Origin: Filomicrobium sp. | GTDB lineage: Bacteria; Pseudomonadota; Alphaproteobacteria; Rhizobiales; Hyphomicrobiaceae | DNA length: 24,000 nt | Reading direction: 5' to 3' | NCBI GenBank assembly: GCA_017792465.1 | Contig: CP051234.1 | Location: 226,606 to 250,605 of the forward strand | Part shown: positions 1 through 8,524 of the stretch, piece by piece | How the letters are laid out: the number at the start of each line of letters is the position of its first letter | Position numbering within the stretch: the first letter of the stretch is position 1 | Translations under genes and position numbers: made by a program | The notes under the pieces: generated by a model | Seen by the model: only the letters and a program-made list of their open reading frames with translations | Database searches by the model: none | What the model was told of the DNA's origin: nothing

Positions 1-522
1 GACTGCACCATTGATGTCGATTGCGAGACGACGCGAGTCCGGGAAGACGGCGTAGCGCAGGTTGTTCTGGGCGCCGGTTGAGGATGGCATGCCGAGGTCT
101 TGCGGCCACCAGTTGACCGATCCGGGACCGGGGACGAAGAGGCTTGAACCTGACTGCTGAAAGCCGCCGCTGCCCTGCGCCTGATAGCTGGTTCCGCCGC
201 CCTGGCTTTGGGATTGCGATGATTGGAACTGGGGCTGTGGCGGTGGGGCATAGACGGTCGAATTGGCGAGCACGTTGGATAGCTCGTTGCACAGGCTTTC
301 AACGCGATACTTCAGCTGGTTGTTGAACATATCGCCGATCATGATCATGCCGCCGAGCGACCATTGGCCCATGCCGCCGAATTCCCAGTGGTTGAATTGG
401 GCTTGTGTTCCGCCACCTGCGGCGACCGCCTGCAGGAGCGTCGCAACTGCGTCGAAGCTGAAGCCGTGGCGGCTTGCAACTTCGCCAACGATGCGTTGGC
501 CTTCGGGGGTAAGTTGCGACAT
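1..522 (-). CDS. Conserved hypothetical protein, 3'-truncated by the window edge (174 codons visible), with a Gln/Ser/Gly-rich low-complexity middle
   Basis: This ORF is absent from the supplied track because it has no stop codon inside the window. Hand translation of the minus strand from ATG 522..520 stays open to position 1: MSQLTPEGQRIVGEVASRHGFSFDAVATLLQAVAAGGGTQAQFNHWEFGGMGQWSLGGMIMIGDMFNNQLKYRVESLCNELSNVLANSTVYAPPPQPQFQSSQSQSQGGGTSYQAQGSGGFQQSGSSLFVPGPGSVNWWPQDLGMPSSTGAQNNLRYAVFPDSRRLAIDINGAV. An AGGAA Shine-Dalgarno sits 5 nt upstream of the ATG. From memory, the GTQAQFNH..GGMGQW..GGMIM.GDMFN pattern belongs to an alphaproteobacterial family whose full-length members end in a SHOCT domain. 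The C-terminus lies outside the window, so this is unverified. Confidence 0.6.
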   Translation of the reverse strand, partial: MSQLTPEGQRIVGEVASRHGFSFDAVATLLQAVAAGGGTQAQFNHWEFGGMGQWSLGGMIMIGDMFNNQLKYRVESLCNELSNVLANSTVYAPPPQPQFQSSQSQSQGGGTSYQAQGSGGFQQSGSSLFVPGPGSVNWWPQDLGMPSSTGAQNNLRYAVFPDSRRLAIDINGAV

Positions 523-637
523 CTCGGTTCCTTTGTGGATCAACTCTAATACGCGAAATTAATCCGGCTTCTAGCACGTCGGATTGCGGCGGTCGTGCCT
601 ATAATGCGTGCAGTTTCAATGCGAAGACCGCTTTTGG

Positions 638-1636
638 TCAGACGGTCAGCACGATCTTTCCGATGTGATTTCCAGCATCCATGCGGGCATGGGCTTTGGC
701 GACGTCGGCGAGCGGGAAGGTGGAATCCATGACGACCTTCACGCGTCCATCGGCCAGCATCGGTAGGACATATTCCTCCAGATCGCGAGCGATTGCACCT
801 TTGACTTCGGTTGGGCGTATGCGGAGCGTCGATCCGGTGATGGTGAGGCGCTTCAGCATGACGCGCAGGAAGTCGATCTCGGCTTTCGAGCCTTTCTGAT
901 AGGCTATGTTGACGAGACGTCCGTCATCGCCGAGGCAGGCGATGTTCTTGGCGATGTAGTCGCCGCCGACCATGTCGAGAATGACGTTGATACCGGCCTT
1001 GCCGACCTCAGTTTTGACTTTGTCGACGAAATCTTCGGTCTTGTAGTTGATGGCGAGGTCGGCCCCCAATTTTTTGCAGGCGTCGCATTTTTCGTCCGAG
1101 CCTGCCGTTGCAACGACTTTTGCACCGAAGGCTTTGGCGAGCTGGATTGCGGTAACGCCGATGCCGGACGTGCCGCCGTGGATCATGAACCATTCGTCTG
1201 CGGTGAGGTGGCAACGGGCAAAGACGTTGTGCCAGACGGTGAAGAAGGTCTCGGGGAAGCCGGCGGCCTCCTCCAACTTGATGCCTTCCGGCACGGGGAT
1301 GCAGCAAGGTTCTTCAGCGATCGTATATTCGGCATAGCCGCCGCCGTTGACGAGCGCCATGACCCGATCTCCAATCTTGAAGCGGCCTGCCCCTTCCCCA
1401 AGTGCAGCGACCTCGCCTGCCACCTCGAGGCCCGGGATTGTGCTATGGCCCTTCGGCGCCGGGTAGGTGCCCTGACGCTGCATGACGTCGGGCCGGTTGA
1501 GGCCTGCGGCTGCGGTCTTGATCAGAACCTGGCCAGGTCCGGGCTTCGGCGTCTCGATGGTCGATTGCTTGAGGACTTCCGGGCCGCCTTTTCCCTCGAT
1601 CGTGATTGCTGTCATTGAAGCGGGAATATCGGCCAT
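638..1636 (-). CDS. qor: NAD(P)H:quinone oxidoreductase, zeta-crystallin/PIG3-type medium-chain dehydrogenase
   Basis: Track ORF 638..1732. I trimmed it to the internal ATG at 1636 (MADIPASMTAITIEGKGGPEVL...), which has a GAGGA SD upstream. MDR hallmarks are present: GLNRPDVMQRQGTYP, PGLEVAGEV, the nucleotide-binding loop HGGTSGIGVTAIQLAK, and the C-terminal GKIVLTV. Confidence 0.9.
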   Translation of the reverse strand: MADIPASMTAITIEGKGGPEVLKQSTIETPKPGPGQVLIKTAAAGLNRPDVMQRQGTYPAPKGHSTIPGLEVAGEVAALGEGAGRFKIGDRVMALVNGGGYAEYTIAEEPCCIPVPEGIKLEEAAGFPETFFTVWHNVFARCHLTADEWFMIHGGTSGIGVTAIQLAKAFGAKVVATAGSDEKCDACKKLGADLAINYKTEDFVDKVKTEVGKAGINVILDMVGGDYIAKNIACLGDDGRLVNIAYQKGSKAEIDFLRVMLKRLTITGSTLRIRPTEVKGAIARDLEEYVLPMLADGRVKVVMDSTFPLADVAKAHARMDAGNHIGKIVLTV

Positions 1637-1924
1637 GGTCTTGATCCTCGGAATGCTTGACGAATTTAACGCGCCGTCTGGCGGAATTACTTCATGGCAT
1701 GCCAGCGGGAGCGTTGCGACGCAACAGGGCATTTTTTCAGGCGGATGGCTTCTAGGGACCGGTTAGGGCCGGTGTTGCGGGCCGCCTTGCAAAATTGCGC
1801 CGCTGGCGACTGAGAACCGTCAGGAGCGTCCGGGCAAGTGCTTATCGGGCTCCAATGAAGCGATGCGTTGAGCTTGGCTGGCGTTTTGTGTCAGGCTAGC
1901 GGCAACAGGATAGGGAGCGGAACC

Positions 1925-2110
1925 ATGGATTGGGACGAGCCAACAAAGAAACCGTCGGTAGTCAGCCTTGGAGAGGATCTTTCCACGCTGGGGATTGGCG
2001 AATTGGAGGCCAGGGTCGCTGCGCTCCACGCTGAAATCGAGCGTGTGGAAGGTGAGATTAAGCGCAAGAAGGCGCAGAAAGACGCCGCGGCAAGTCTCTT
2101 TAAGAGTTAG
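1925..2110 (+). CDS. DUF1192 family small coiled-coil protein
   Basis: The track ORF starts at 1868. The likely start is ATG 1925 (MDWDEPTKKPSVVSLGEDLSTLGIGELEARVAALHAEIERVEGEIKRKKAQKDAAASLFKS), preceded by AGGGAG. The L..LS..ELE.R...L..EI.R......K......A.SLFK pattern is typical of alphaproteobacterial DUF1192. Confidence 0.75.
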   Translation: MDWDEPTKKPSVVSLGEDLSTLGIGELEARVAALHAEIERVEGEIKRKKAQKDAAASLFKS

Positions 2111-2255
2111 AATATTGCGCATTGGTTAGTGTCAGTTTTGCCTGTTCAGTAAACCTTCTTTAAGCATGCGGGGCTATGGTTAAACCCATCCAGTCTTCTG
2201 GATTTCGGGGGTGCTTTTGTCACCTTCGTTTTTGACGCCTCCCTGTTGACTTAAA

Positions 2256-2287
2256 GAGCCGCTGTTTTTTCAGCGGCTCCTTTTTTT
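2256..2287 (+). terminator. Rho-independent terminator
   Basis: The stem is GAGCCGCTG (2256-2264) paired with CAGCGGCTC (2271-2279), with a TTTTTT loop. It is followed by C and TTTTTTT (2281-2287). It lies 146 nt downstream of the DUF1192 stop codon. Confidence 0.65.
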
Positions 2288-2561
2288 GCGCTGGTCTCAT
2301 CGGACCTTTGCAGCCGAAGGCGCGTTTACCTTTTGTTAGCTATCGTGGAATGAGATGCCGGCAGAGAGTCGCTGAGGCGGGCTGGCTTGCATCGGTCTTG
2401 CATGATTAATTGCTGAGAAGGGTTTTAGGCAACTTTTCCACTTGATAGTTGCCAGGTGGTACTCGAATGCCCCGTTTTGGACCTTCTTGTTAACTATGCC
2501 CGACTAGAGTTTGAGCGTAAACTTGGTCAAAGTTTCGGTAATTTAAGTAGCGTTGTGTGAC

Positions 2562-3119
2562 ATGAGTGATTTTTTCAGGTCTCAGAATTCCGGTTCAGAA
2601 GCTCCGATTACAGTCTCTTTCGGTGAGCGGTTCCAGGCATCGAAGCAGTTCGATCAGGTGTTCCGCGAAGGCATGAGCCTGGTCGAGGAAGTTGCCGCCT
2701 ATCTTGATGGCGACGGGCGACGGGAATCGAAGGCTCTGAAACCACCTGTGTCGGTTCTCTACGCGACCGAAAGCATGCGCCTTACAACGCGTCTGTTGGA
2801 TCTGGCTTCGTGGCTGTTGATCCGCCGGGCCTTCAAGGAAGGCGAGATCGATGCGCAGGAAGCTGATCGCAAGCGCCAGCGTGTGAAATTGAAAGCGCTG
2901 GGCCGGCCAGGCCATATCAAGCGTTTTGGCGAACTCCCGGAAGCTTTACAGGACCTGATCGAGCGTAGCTTTGCGCTGCATGACCGTATCGTCGTTCTGG
3001 ATCGTGCGGTGGCTTTGGGCCGCGAAGCGGACGAGGACGATGCGGCGGTTGCGGCTCCCGCGGGCGACAATCCGGTTGCTCAGCAGATGAGCCTGCTGCA
3101 GAAGGCGTTCGGCAACTAG
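2562..3119 (+). CDS. DUF1465 family protein (RcdA-like proteolysis adaptor family)
   Basis: The track ORF starts at TTG 2553; ATG 2562 (MSDFFRSQ...) is more likely. The core FREGMSLVEEVAAYLDGDGRRESKAL...YATESMRLTTRLLDLASWLLIRRAFKEGEI matches my recollection of the conserved DUF1465/RcdA core. Confidence 0.75.
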   Translation: MSDFFRSQNSGSEAPITVSFGERFQASKQFDQVFREGMSLVEEVAAYLDGDGRRESKALKPPVSVLYATESMRLTTRLLDLASWLLIRRAFKEGEIDAQEADRKRQRVKLKALGRPGHIKRFGELPEALQDLIERSFALHDRIVVLDRAVALGREADEDDAAVAAPAGDNPVAQQMSLLQKAFGN

Positions 3120-3201
3120 GCTGCACTTCACAGGCGCGGTGGCCCATTCGGCCGTGGGACAGTTTTGTCCTTGTTTGGGTCGCTGACTTAATACTGAACA
3201 C

Positions 3202-3235
3202 AAAAAGGCCCGGGAAATCCCGGGCCTTTTGTTTT
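3202..3235. terminator. Bidirectional intrinsic terminator shared by the convergent DUF1465 gene and rpmE
   Basis: The stem is GGCCCGGG (3207-3214), loop AAAT, then CCCGGGCC (3219-3226). It is flanked by AAAAA on the left and TTTTGTTTT on the right, so either strand reads as a hairpin plus U-tract. Confidence 0.7.
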
Positions 3236-3335
3236 GGTTCGGTTTGCAAGGCGCTCGCCTGATCCGAAGCGGTCTGGCGAGACTTCAATGAGCCATGCAA
3301 CTCTTAAATGACGCAGGCCGGTTCGGCGCGAGGAC

Positions 3336-3560
3336 TTAGAAGAGGCCTTCGAACTTCTTCTTGAAGCGCGACAGGCGTCCACCACGGTCCATCAGCTTCT
3401 GGTCGCCGCCCGTCCATGCCGGATGCGAGCTGGGGTCGATATCCAGAGCGATGGTGTCGCCTTCCTGGCCGTAGGTCGAGTAGGTGATGAACTCGGAGCC
3501 ATCGGTCATGACAACTTTGACCTGGTGGTAATGGGGGTGAAATTCTGGGTTCTTATTCAT
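3336..3560 (-). CDS. rpmE: 50S ribosomal protein L31
   Basis: The track ORF starts at TTG 3572. ATG 3560 gives [74 protein letters not shown] (74 aa), the typical alphaproteobacterial L31 length and pattern (HP.YH...V....G; HPF/AWTG; R...F..RF). Confidence 0.9.
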   Translation of the reverse strand: MNKNPEFHPHYHQVKVVMTDGSEFITYSTYGQEGDTIALDIDPSSHPAWTGGDQKLMDRGGRLSRFKKKFEGLF

Positions 3561-3793
3561 CGAGCGATCCAATTTTCAATGCAACTTCGTCGCGCCAACT
3601 CGGCGAACGGAGCATTTCTTGGCGGTGATTACGGGATTTCAAGCGGGCTTGATAGTCTGAATTGGCCGATACGGCAAGGGTTTTGGGCAAGCCCTGATGA
3701 GGAAAATCGTATTTTGTCCAATGGTTGCAGGTCCCTGCGGCTTATTGGCCTTGTTCGGGCCTTGTCGCGGTCGGCAAGGTTGGGCATCTTGCG

Positions 3794-5671
3794 ATGAGCG
3801 TCTGCTCGGGATTTGAGCAGTTTATCCGCCGGCAAATCCCCTCCAACTGGCAATTACTTGAAGAGTCCAGTCCTTTGAAACGCAAATCGAAATCCGAAGG
3901 CTCGGCCGATCAAAAGGGTCGGGCTTCGTTGAAACCGCTTTTGGGCTTGAAGCCCTATGTCCTGAAGCATCCGTGGATGCTGGTGGGCGGCGGCATTGCG
4001 CTTATCGTTTCCGCGCTCGCGATGCTGGTCGTGCCAATGGCGGTTCGGCGCATGATCGATCATGGGTTTGCGGCAACCGACGGGACGCTGATCGGGCAGT
4101 ACTTCGTGATGCTGATCGTGATCGGTGTCGTCTTGGCGTTGGCCAGCTCGTCCCGGTTCTATTTCGTCAATTGGCTGGGTGAACGCGTCGTCGCGGATGT
4201 TCGCAGCGATGTCTTCGCGCATCTGGCGCGGCTTGGCCCGGCCTTTTACGAGCGCTCGCATTCGGGCGAGATGATGAGCCGTCTGACGGCCGATACAACG
4301 CAGGTGAAGGCGGCTGCCGGCACGGCGTTGAGCCAGCTTTTGCGCAACGCCATCATGCTTATCGGCGCGCTGGTGATGATGCTCGTCACGAGCTGGAAGC
4401 TCTCTCTTTTGGTGCTGATTGCGATCCCTGCGATCGTTTTGCCGCTGATGGCCTTTGGCCGGTTGGTGCGGCAGCGTTCGCGCGAGGCGCAGGACAGTCT
4501 GGCAGATGCTTCAGCTTTTGCCGCGGAGAACCTCGCAGCGGTTCGCACAATGCAGGCCTTCGGATACGAGGGAGAAGTTTCACGGCGCTATTCGTCGTCC
4601 GTCGAGGACGCGTTTGGGGCCGCCAAATCACGTCTGGTGGCGCGCGCCGGATTGACGGCGCTTGCGATCGGGCTGGTGACGACTTCGATCGTCGCGGTGT
4701 TGTGGTATGGCGCGTCCTCGGTCGTTTCCGGTGACATGTCGGCTGGCCGGCTGTCGCAGTTCATCCTCTATGCGGTCTTTGCGGCCGGTGCTTTGGCGGA
4801 GCTTTCCGAAGTCTGGGGTGAGATCTCTCAGGCGGCGGGTGCATCCGAGCGCTTGATGGAGCTGTTGGCGGTTGAGCCGGAGATCAAGTCGCCAGCAGTC
4901 ACCGAAGCCCTTCCGGTTCCGCCGCTCGGCCAGGTGGCCTTCGAAAATGTTTCGTTCTCCTATCCGACGCGGCCGGATATCCAATCGCTCGACGGCGTTT
5001 CGTTCGAGGTCAAAGCTGGAGAGACGGTGGCGCTTGTTGGGCCATCAGGGGCCGGCAAGTCGACGATCTTCAGCTTGCTGTTGCGGTTCTTTGATCCGCA
5101 GTCGGGGCGGGTTTTGATCGATGGTGTCGACGTTTCGAAGGCGGATCTCGATGCGCTTCGCAAGCGTTGCTCTCTGGTGCCCCAAGACGTTGCGCTGTTT
5201 GCCGATACGGTGGCCGAGAACATTCGGTACGGGTCGGCGGATGTGAGTAAAGAGGCGGTCGAAGCCGCAGCGATTGCTGCTCATGCCGACAGCTTTATTC
5301 GCAACCTCCCGAACGGCTACGACACCCAACTGGGCGAGCGCGGCGTGACGCTTTCTGGCGGTCAGCGTCAGCGGATTGCTTTGGCGCGTGCGATTCTGCG
5401 CGATGCGCCGATCCTTCTGCTCGATGAGGCGACGAGTGCGCTCGATGCCGAAAGCGAGCAGGAGGTGCAAAAGGCGTTGGTTGGCGTCATGAAGGGGCGG
5501 ACGACCATCGTCATTGCGCACCGTCTGGCAACCGTGAAGCAGGCGGACCGCATCATCGTTGTCGAGGACGGCAGGATCGTCGAGATTGGCGATCACGCGA
5601 CATTGTCGAAGTCAGGCGGGCTTTATTCGCGTCTTGCCGAATTGCAGTTCGGGCTGGAAGCGGCGGAGTAA
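3794..5671 (+). CDS. Fused ABC exporter (N-terminal six-helix TMD plus C-terminal NBD; ABCB/MsbA-like)
   Basis: The motifs present are Walker A GPSGAGKST, Q-loop, ABC signature LSGGQRQR, Walker B ILLLDEATSALD and H-loop IAHRL. Upstream of these is a hydrophobic ABC membrane domain. The start is uncertain. The track uses 3725. ATG 3794 is the first ATG. TTG 3875, preceded by GAAGAG, would give about 598 aa and is an equally plausible start. Confidence 0.9.
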   Translation: MSVCSGFEQFIRRQIPSNWQLLEESSPLKRKSKSEGSADQKGRASLKPLLGLKPYVLKHPWMLVGGGIALIVSALAMLVVPMAVRRMIDHGFAATDGTLIGQYFVMLIVIGVVLALASSSRFYFVNWLGERVVADVRSDVFAHLARLGPAFYERSHSGEMMSRLTADTTQVKAAAGTALSQLLRNAIMLIGALVMMLVTSWKLSLLVLIAIPAIVLPLMAFGRLVRQRSREAQDSLADASAFAAENLAAVRTMQAFGYEGEVSRRYSSSVEDAFGAAKSRLVARAGLTALAIGLVTTSIVAVLWYGASSVVSGDMSAGRLSQFILYAVFAAGALAELSEVWGEISQAAGASERLMELLAVEPEIKSPAVTEALPVPPLGQVAFENVSFSYPTRPDIQSLDGVSFEVKAGETVALVGPSGAGKSTIFSLLLRFFDPQSGRVLIDGVDVSKADLDALRKRCSLVPQDVALFADTVAENIRYGSADVSKEAVEAAAIAAHADSFIRNLPNGYDTQLGERGVTLSGGQRQRIALARAILRDAPILLLDEATSALDAESEQEVQKALVGVMKGRTTIVIAHRLATVKQADRIIVVEDGRIVEIGDHATLSKSGGLYSRLAELQFGLEAAE

Positions 5672-5728
5672 ACTCTTCGACGCCTCGGATTTTCCGATTA
5701 TCCGCTGTCATGTACGGGATCAGATTTG

Positions 5729-5768
5729 AAAAAAGGGCCGGCCATGGATTTGGCCGGCCCTTTTCTTT
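5729..5768. terminator. Bidirectional intrinsic terminator between the convergent ABC exporter gene and phaZ
   Basis: The stem is GGGCCGGCC (5735-5743) paired with GGCCGGCCC (5752-5760). It is preceded by AAAAAA and followed by TTTTCTTT. Confidence 0.7.
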
Positions 5769-5794
5769 GGCATCGGAGAAGCGGCTCGCGCGTC

Positions 5795-7180
5795 TTAGCG
5801 ATGCTTCATGTCGGTGATGTCGGCGCGATCCCACTCGGGGATGTCGTGATCGTCATCCTGCAACGACTGGTAGGCATTGATTTCGCCATTGACGGCGGCT
5901 TCTTCCAGCGTTGTGCCGTTGATCAGCTTGGATGCGCCACGGTCACGGCGGAACTCGGTCGTGCGGATGAAGTCGCGGATGCGCGGTTCGATTTCCGTGC
6001 GCCAGCGGCGGCCGTTGAAGACGCCATAGTGACCGACGCCTGGCTGCACGTAATGGAATTTGTCGTCGAGTGACAGGTTCGTGCAGAGGTCGTGGGCGGC
6101 TTCGGTCTGACCACGGCCGGAGATGTCGTCTTTTTCGCCTTCGACGGTTAGAAGCGCCGTCCGGCGGATCTTCGAGCAATCGACAAGTTGGCCACGATGC
6201 ATCATCTCGCCCTTCGGCAAGGCATGCGTCTGGAAGACGGTTGTGACGGTCTGCAAGTAGAACTCGGCCGTCAGATCCATCACTGCCAGGTACTCTTCAT
6301 AGAAGGTGCGATGCTGCTGGACGCTGTCGCAGTCGCCTTTGACGAGGTTATCGAAGAGTTCGAAGTGCGCTTTGGTGTGGCGCTCCAGGTTCATGGTCAT
6401 GAAGCCAGTGAGCTGCACGAAGCCCGGATAGACGCGGCGCATGAATCCGGCGTTCGGAAACGGCACCAGCGAGATGACGTGATTTTCGAACCAGTCGGTC
6501 GTTTTTTCTTCGGCCAGCTTGTTGACGACGGTCGGGTTGCGGCGCGTGTCGATCGGGCCGCCCATCAACGTCATCGACATCGGCTGGTAGGGACTGTCGT
6601 TGCCGGCCATGACGGCGGCTGCTGCAAGCACTGGGACGGCCGGCTGGCAGACGGCCAAGACGTGCGTGCGGTCGCCCAGATGGCTAATGAAGTCGATGAC
6701 GTAGTCGATATAATCGTCAAGATCGAAGCGGCCATCGGTGACGGGGACGTCGCGGGCGTCGATCCAATCGGTGATGTAGACATCGTGCTCGGGGAGCATC
6801 GCTTCAACCGTGCCGCGCAACAAGGTCGCGTAGTGGCCCGACATCGGTGCAACGATCAAAACGATTGGATCTTTGCGGTCAACGCCAGCCACTTCTTCTT
6901 TTTCGAAATGGATGAGATTACAGAACGGCTTGTGCCGGACCGTCTTGATGTTGATCGGGACGGTGGTGCCGTCGATCTGCGTGTTCTCGATGTCCCATTC
7001 CGGTTTGCCGTAGCGGCGCGTGACCCCTTCGAAGACGTCGATGGCAGCCGCGATGGATTTGCCAACGGGGGTCGCAGCCCACGGGTTGAACGGAATTTGC
7101 ATCTGCATCTTGAGACCCTGTGCGGCGAGGCGCATGGGCGAAATCAGAGCGTGAGCGAACTCATACGCATGATAATTCAT
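5795..7180 (-). CDS. phaZ: Intracellular polyhydroxyalkanoate (PHB) depolymerase
   Basis: The 461-aa product appears collinear, by recollection, with Ralstonia PhaZa1-type enzymes. Shared segments are MNYHAYEFAHA..., PFCNLIHFEK, VAPMSGHYATLLRGTV, YITDWIDAR, the catalytic-Cys context LAVCQPAVPVLAA, MGGPIDTR, RRVYPGFVQL, TVEGEKDDISG.GQT.AAHDLC, GHYGVFNGRRWR and IRDFIR. A GAAGG SD lies upstream of the ATG. Confidence 0.88.
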   Translation of the reverse strand: MNYHAYEFAHALISPMRLAAQGLKMQMQIPFNPWAATPVGKSIAAAIDVFEGVTRRYGKPEWDIENTQIDGTTVPINIKTVRHKPFCNLIHFEKEEVAGVDRKDPIVLIVAPMSGHYATLLRGTVEAMLPEHDVYITDWIDARDVPVTDGRFDLDDYIDYVIDFISHLGDRTHVLAVCQPAVPVLAAAAVMAGNDSPYQPMSMTLMGGPIDTRRNPTVVNKLAEEKTTDWFENHVISLVPFPNAGFMRRVYPGFVQLTGFMTMNLERHTKAHFELFDNLVKGDCDSVQQHRTFYEEYLAVMDLTAEFYLQTVTTVFQTHALPKGEMMHRGQLVDCSKIRRTALLTVEGEKDDISGRGQTEAAHDLCTNLSLDDKFHYVQPGVGHYGVFNGRRWRTEIEPRIRDFIRTTEFRRDRGASKLINGTTLEEAAVNGEINAYQSLQDDDHDIPEWDRADITDMKHR

Positions 7181-7492
7181 CTGGGGCCTTCTATTTTGCG
7201 CACACTATTGTGCGTCGCAACAAAATCTTTTTGCATTGCCGCATTGCGAACGATTTGTGTCAAGGGCGGCGGACGAGGTGGCGCACGACAAATGCAAGGG
7301 TGCAGTATAGCTTAATAGAAAATCCTTACGGAACAACATAACAGAAGGGCCTAGCAGGCCAGCGGCCGCCTGAGATCTGACGGGGGGACGCAATTTCCGG
7401 CTCGTGCAAGTCGGCCGGCAAGGACCCAAATAGCTTGGCTAAGGCCCCGAAACTCGGGTCCTTTTAGCCCTCGTAATCCTGCTATTTAATGC

Positions 7493-8521
7493 CTATCGGT
7501 TGGTCAGTTTGAGTTCGATCCGGCGGTTCTTACGCAGGGAATCGAAGTCGTTGCCCTGTTCGAGCGGGGCAAATTCACCGTAACCGGCCGCAACCAGGCG
7601 TTTTGCGGAAACGCCGCGTGAAATCAGATACTTAACAACCGATAGGGCGCGCGCAACCGACAATTCCCAGTTGGATGGGAATTCCGGCGTGTTGATCGGC
7701 TGTGCGTCAGTGTGACCATCGACCTGCAGGGCCCAGTCGATTTCCTTGGGGATCTGGCGTTCAAGCTCGACGATGGCGGAGGCGAGTTGATCCATAGCGG
7801 CGAGGCCTTCCGGGGTCATCTGGTCGCTGCCCGATGGGAAGAGAACTTCGGACTGGAAGATGAAGCGGTCGCCGACAACGCGGATATCCTTGCGGCCGGC
7901 GAGAAGTTCGCGCAAGCGCCCGAAGAAGTCGGAGCGGTAGCGCTTGAGTTCCTGGACCTGTCGGGCGAGTGCCGCGTTGAGGCGTTCTCCAAGATCCTTG
8001 ATGCGGTCCTGGGCTTCGCGGTCCTTTTGCTCGCTGGCTTCAAGCGCGTCGTTGAGGGCGGCGATTTGGCGGCGAAGGGCGAGCAGCTGCTGATTGAGTA
8101 GATCGACCTTGGCAAGCGCTTCGGACGAAATCTCCTTTTGCGAGTCGAGTTCGGTGGAGAGGCTTGAGATGCGGGCTTCGGCTGATTTTTTGGCTTCGTC
8201 ACCGCTCAGTGCGAAACCAGACAGCTTGTTGTTTTCTTCCTGCAACGAAGCGAGCGTTGCCTGAAGTGCGGCCAGTTCATCTTCGGCGGATTTGGTCTTG
8301 CCGCGTTCGAGAGAAAGGATGCTCGTCAGTTCCGCGATCTGGCGATTGAGGCGCTTAAGCGCGGTGTCTTTGCCGGTTGCTTCCTGGGTGGCGAAATACT
8401 GGGCCAGCATAAAGATCGACATGAGGAAGGTCACGACCAATAGCAATGTCGACAAGGCGTCGACATAGCCAGGCCAAAACTCGCCGTAGTCGGCTCCACG
8501 CCGTGAACGCCCACGGGCCAT
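7493..8521 (-). CDS. MotB-like stator protein: N-terminal TM helix with conserved Asp, long coiled coil, C-terminal OmpA-type peptidoglycan-binding domain
   Basis: The TM segment is EFWPGYVDALSTLLLVVTFLM; Asp21 (codon 8461..8459) sits in the MotB/ExbD/TolR-type W..Y.D...T context. Residues about 45-205 are Ala/Leu/Gln/Glu-rich and heptad-like (LKRLNRQIAELTSILSLE...LNQQLLALRRQIAALNDALEASEQKDREAQDRIKDLGERL). The C-terminus is OmpA_C-like (FPSGSDQMTPEG...VDGHTD..P......SNWELSVARALSVVKYL...GV...RL.AAGYGEF.P......D..R.NRRIELKL). Confidence 0.85.
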   Translation of the reverse strand: MARGRSRRGADYGEFWPGYVDALSTLLLVVTFLMSIFMLAQYFATQEATGKDTALKRLNRQIAELTSILSLERGKTKSAEDELAALQATLASLQEENNKLSGFALSGDEAKKSAEARISSLSTELDSQKEISSEALAKVDLLNQQLLALRRQIAALNDALEASEQKDREAQDRIKDLGERLNAALARQVQELKRYRSDFFGRLRELLAGRKDIRVVGDRFIFQSEVLFPSGSDQMTPEGLAAMDQLASAIVELERQIPKEIDWALQVDGHTDAQPINTPEFPSNWELSVARALSVVKYLISRGVSAKRLVAAGYGEFAPLEQGNDFDSLRKNRRIELKLTNR

Positions 8522-8524
8522 CTA

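Noticed and set aside
2111-2552. CtrA boxes (TTAA-N7-TTAA) upstream of the RcdA-like gene.
   Set aside because: Several isolated TTAA half-sites exist (e.g. around 2168, 2198, 2251, 2408, 2491 and 2545), but none has the N7 spacing.
6188-7315. A 375-aa ORF on the plus strand.
   Set aside because: It lies entirely antisense to phaZ, whose product matches intracellular PHB depolymerases along its whole length. The antisense translation is Arg/Gly/Val/Asp-rich with no recognisable motif, which is a typical GC-rich shadow ORF.
7441-7465. A plus-strand terminator-like hairpin, AAGGCCCC-GAAACTC-GGGTCCTT, followed by TTTT, in the phaZ/motB-like spacer. It might mark an sRNA.
   Set aside because: The stem has a mismatch and the T-run is only 4 nt and partly inside the stem. 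No plus-strand gene or convincing promoter lies upstream. It may equally serve, weakly, as the end of the minus-strand motB-like transcript.
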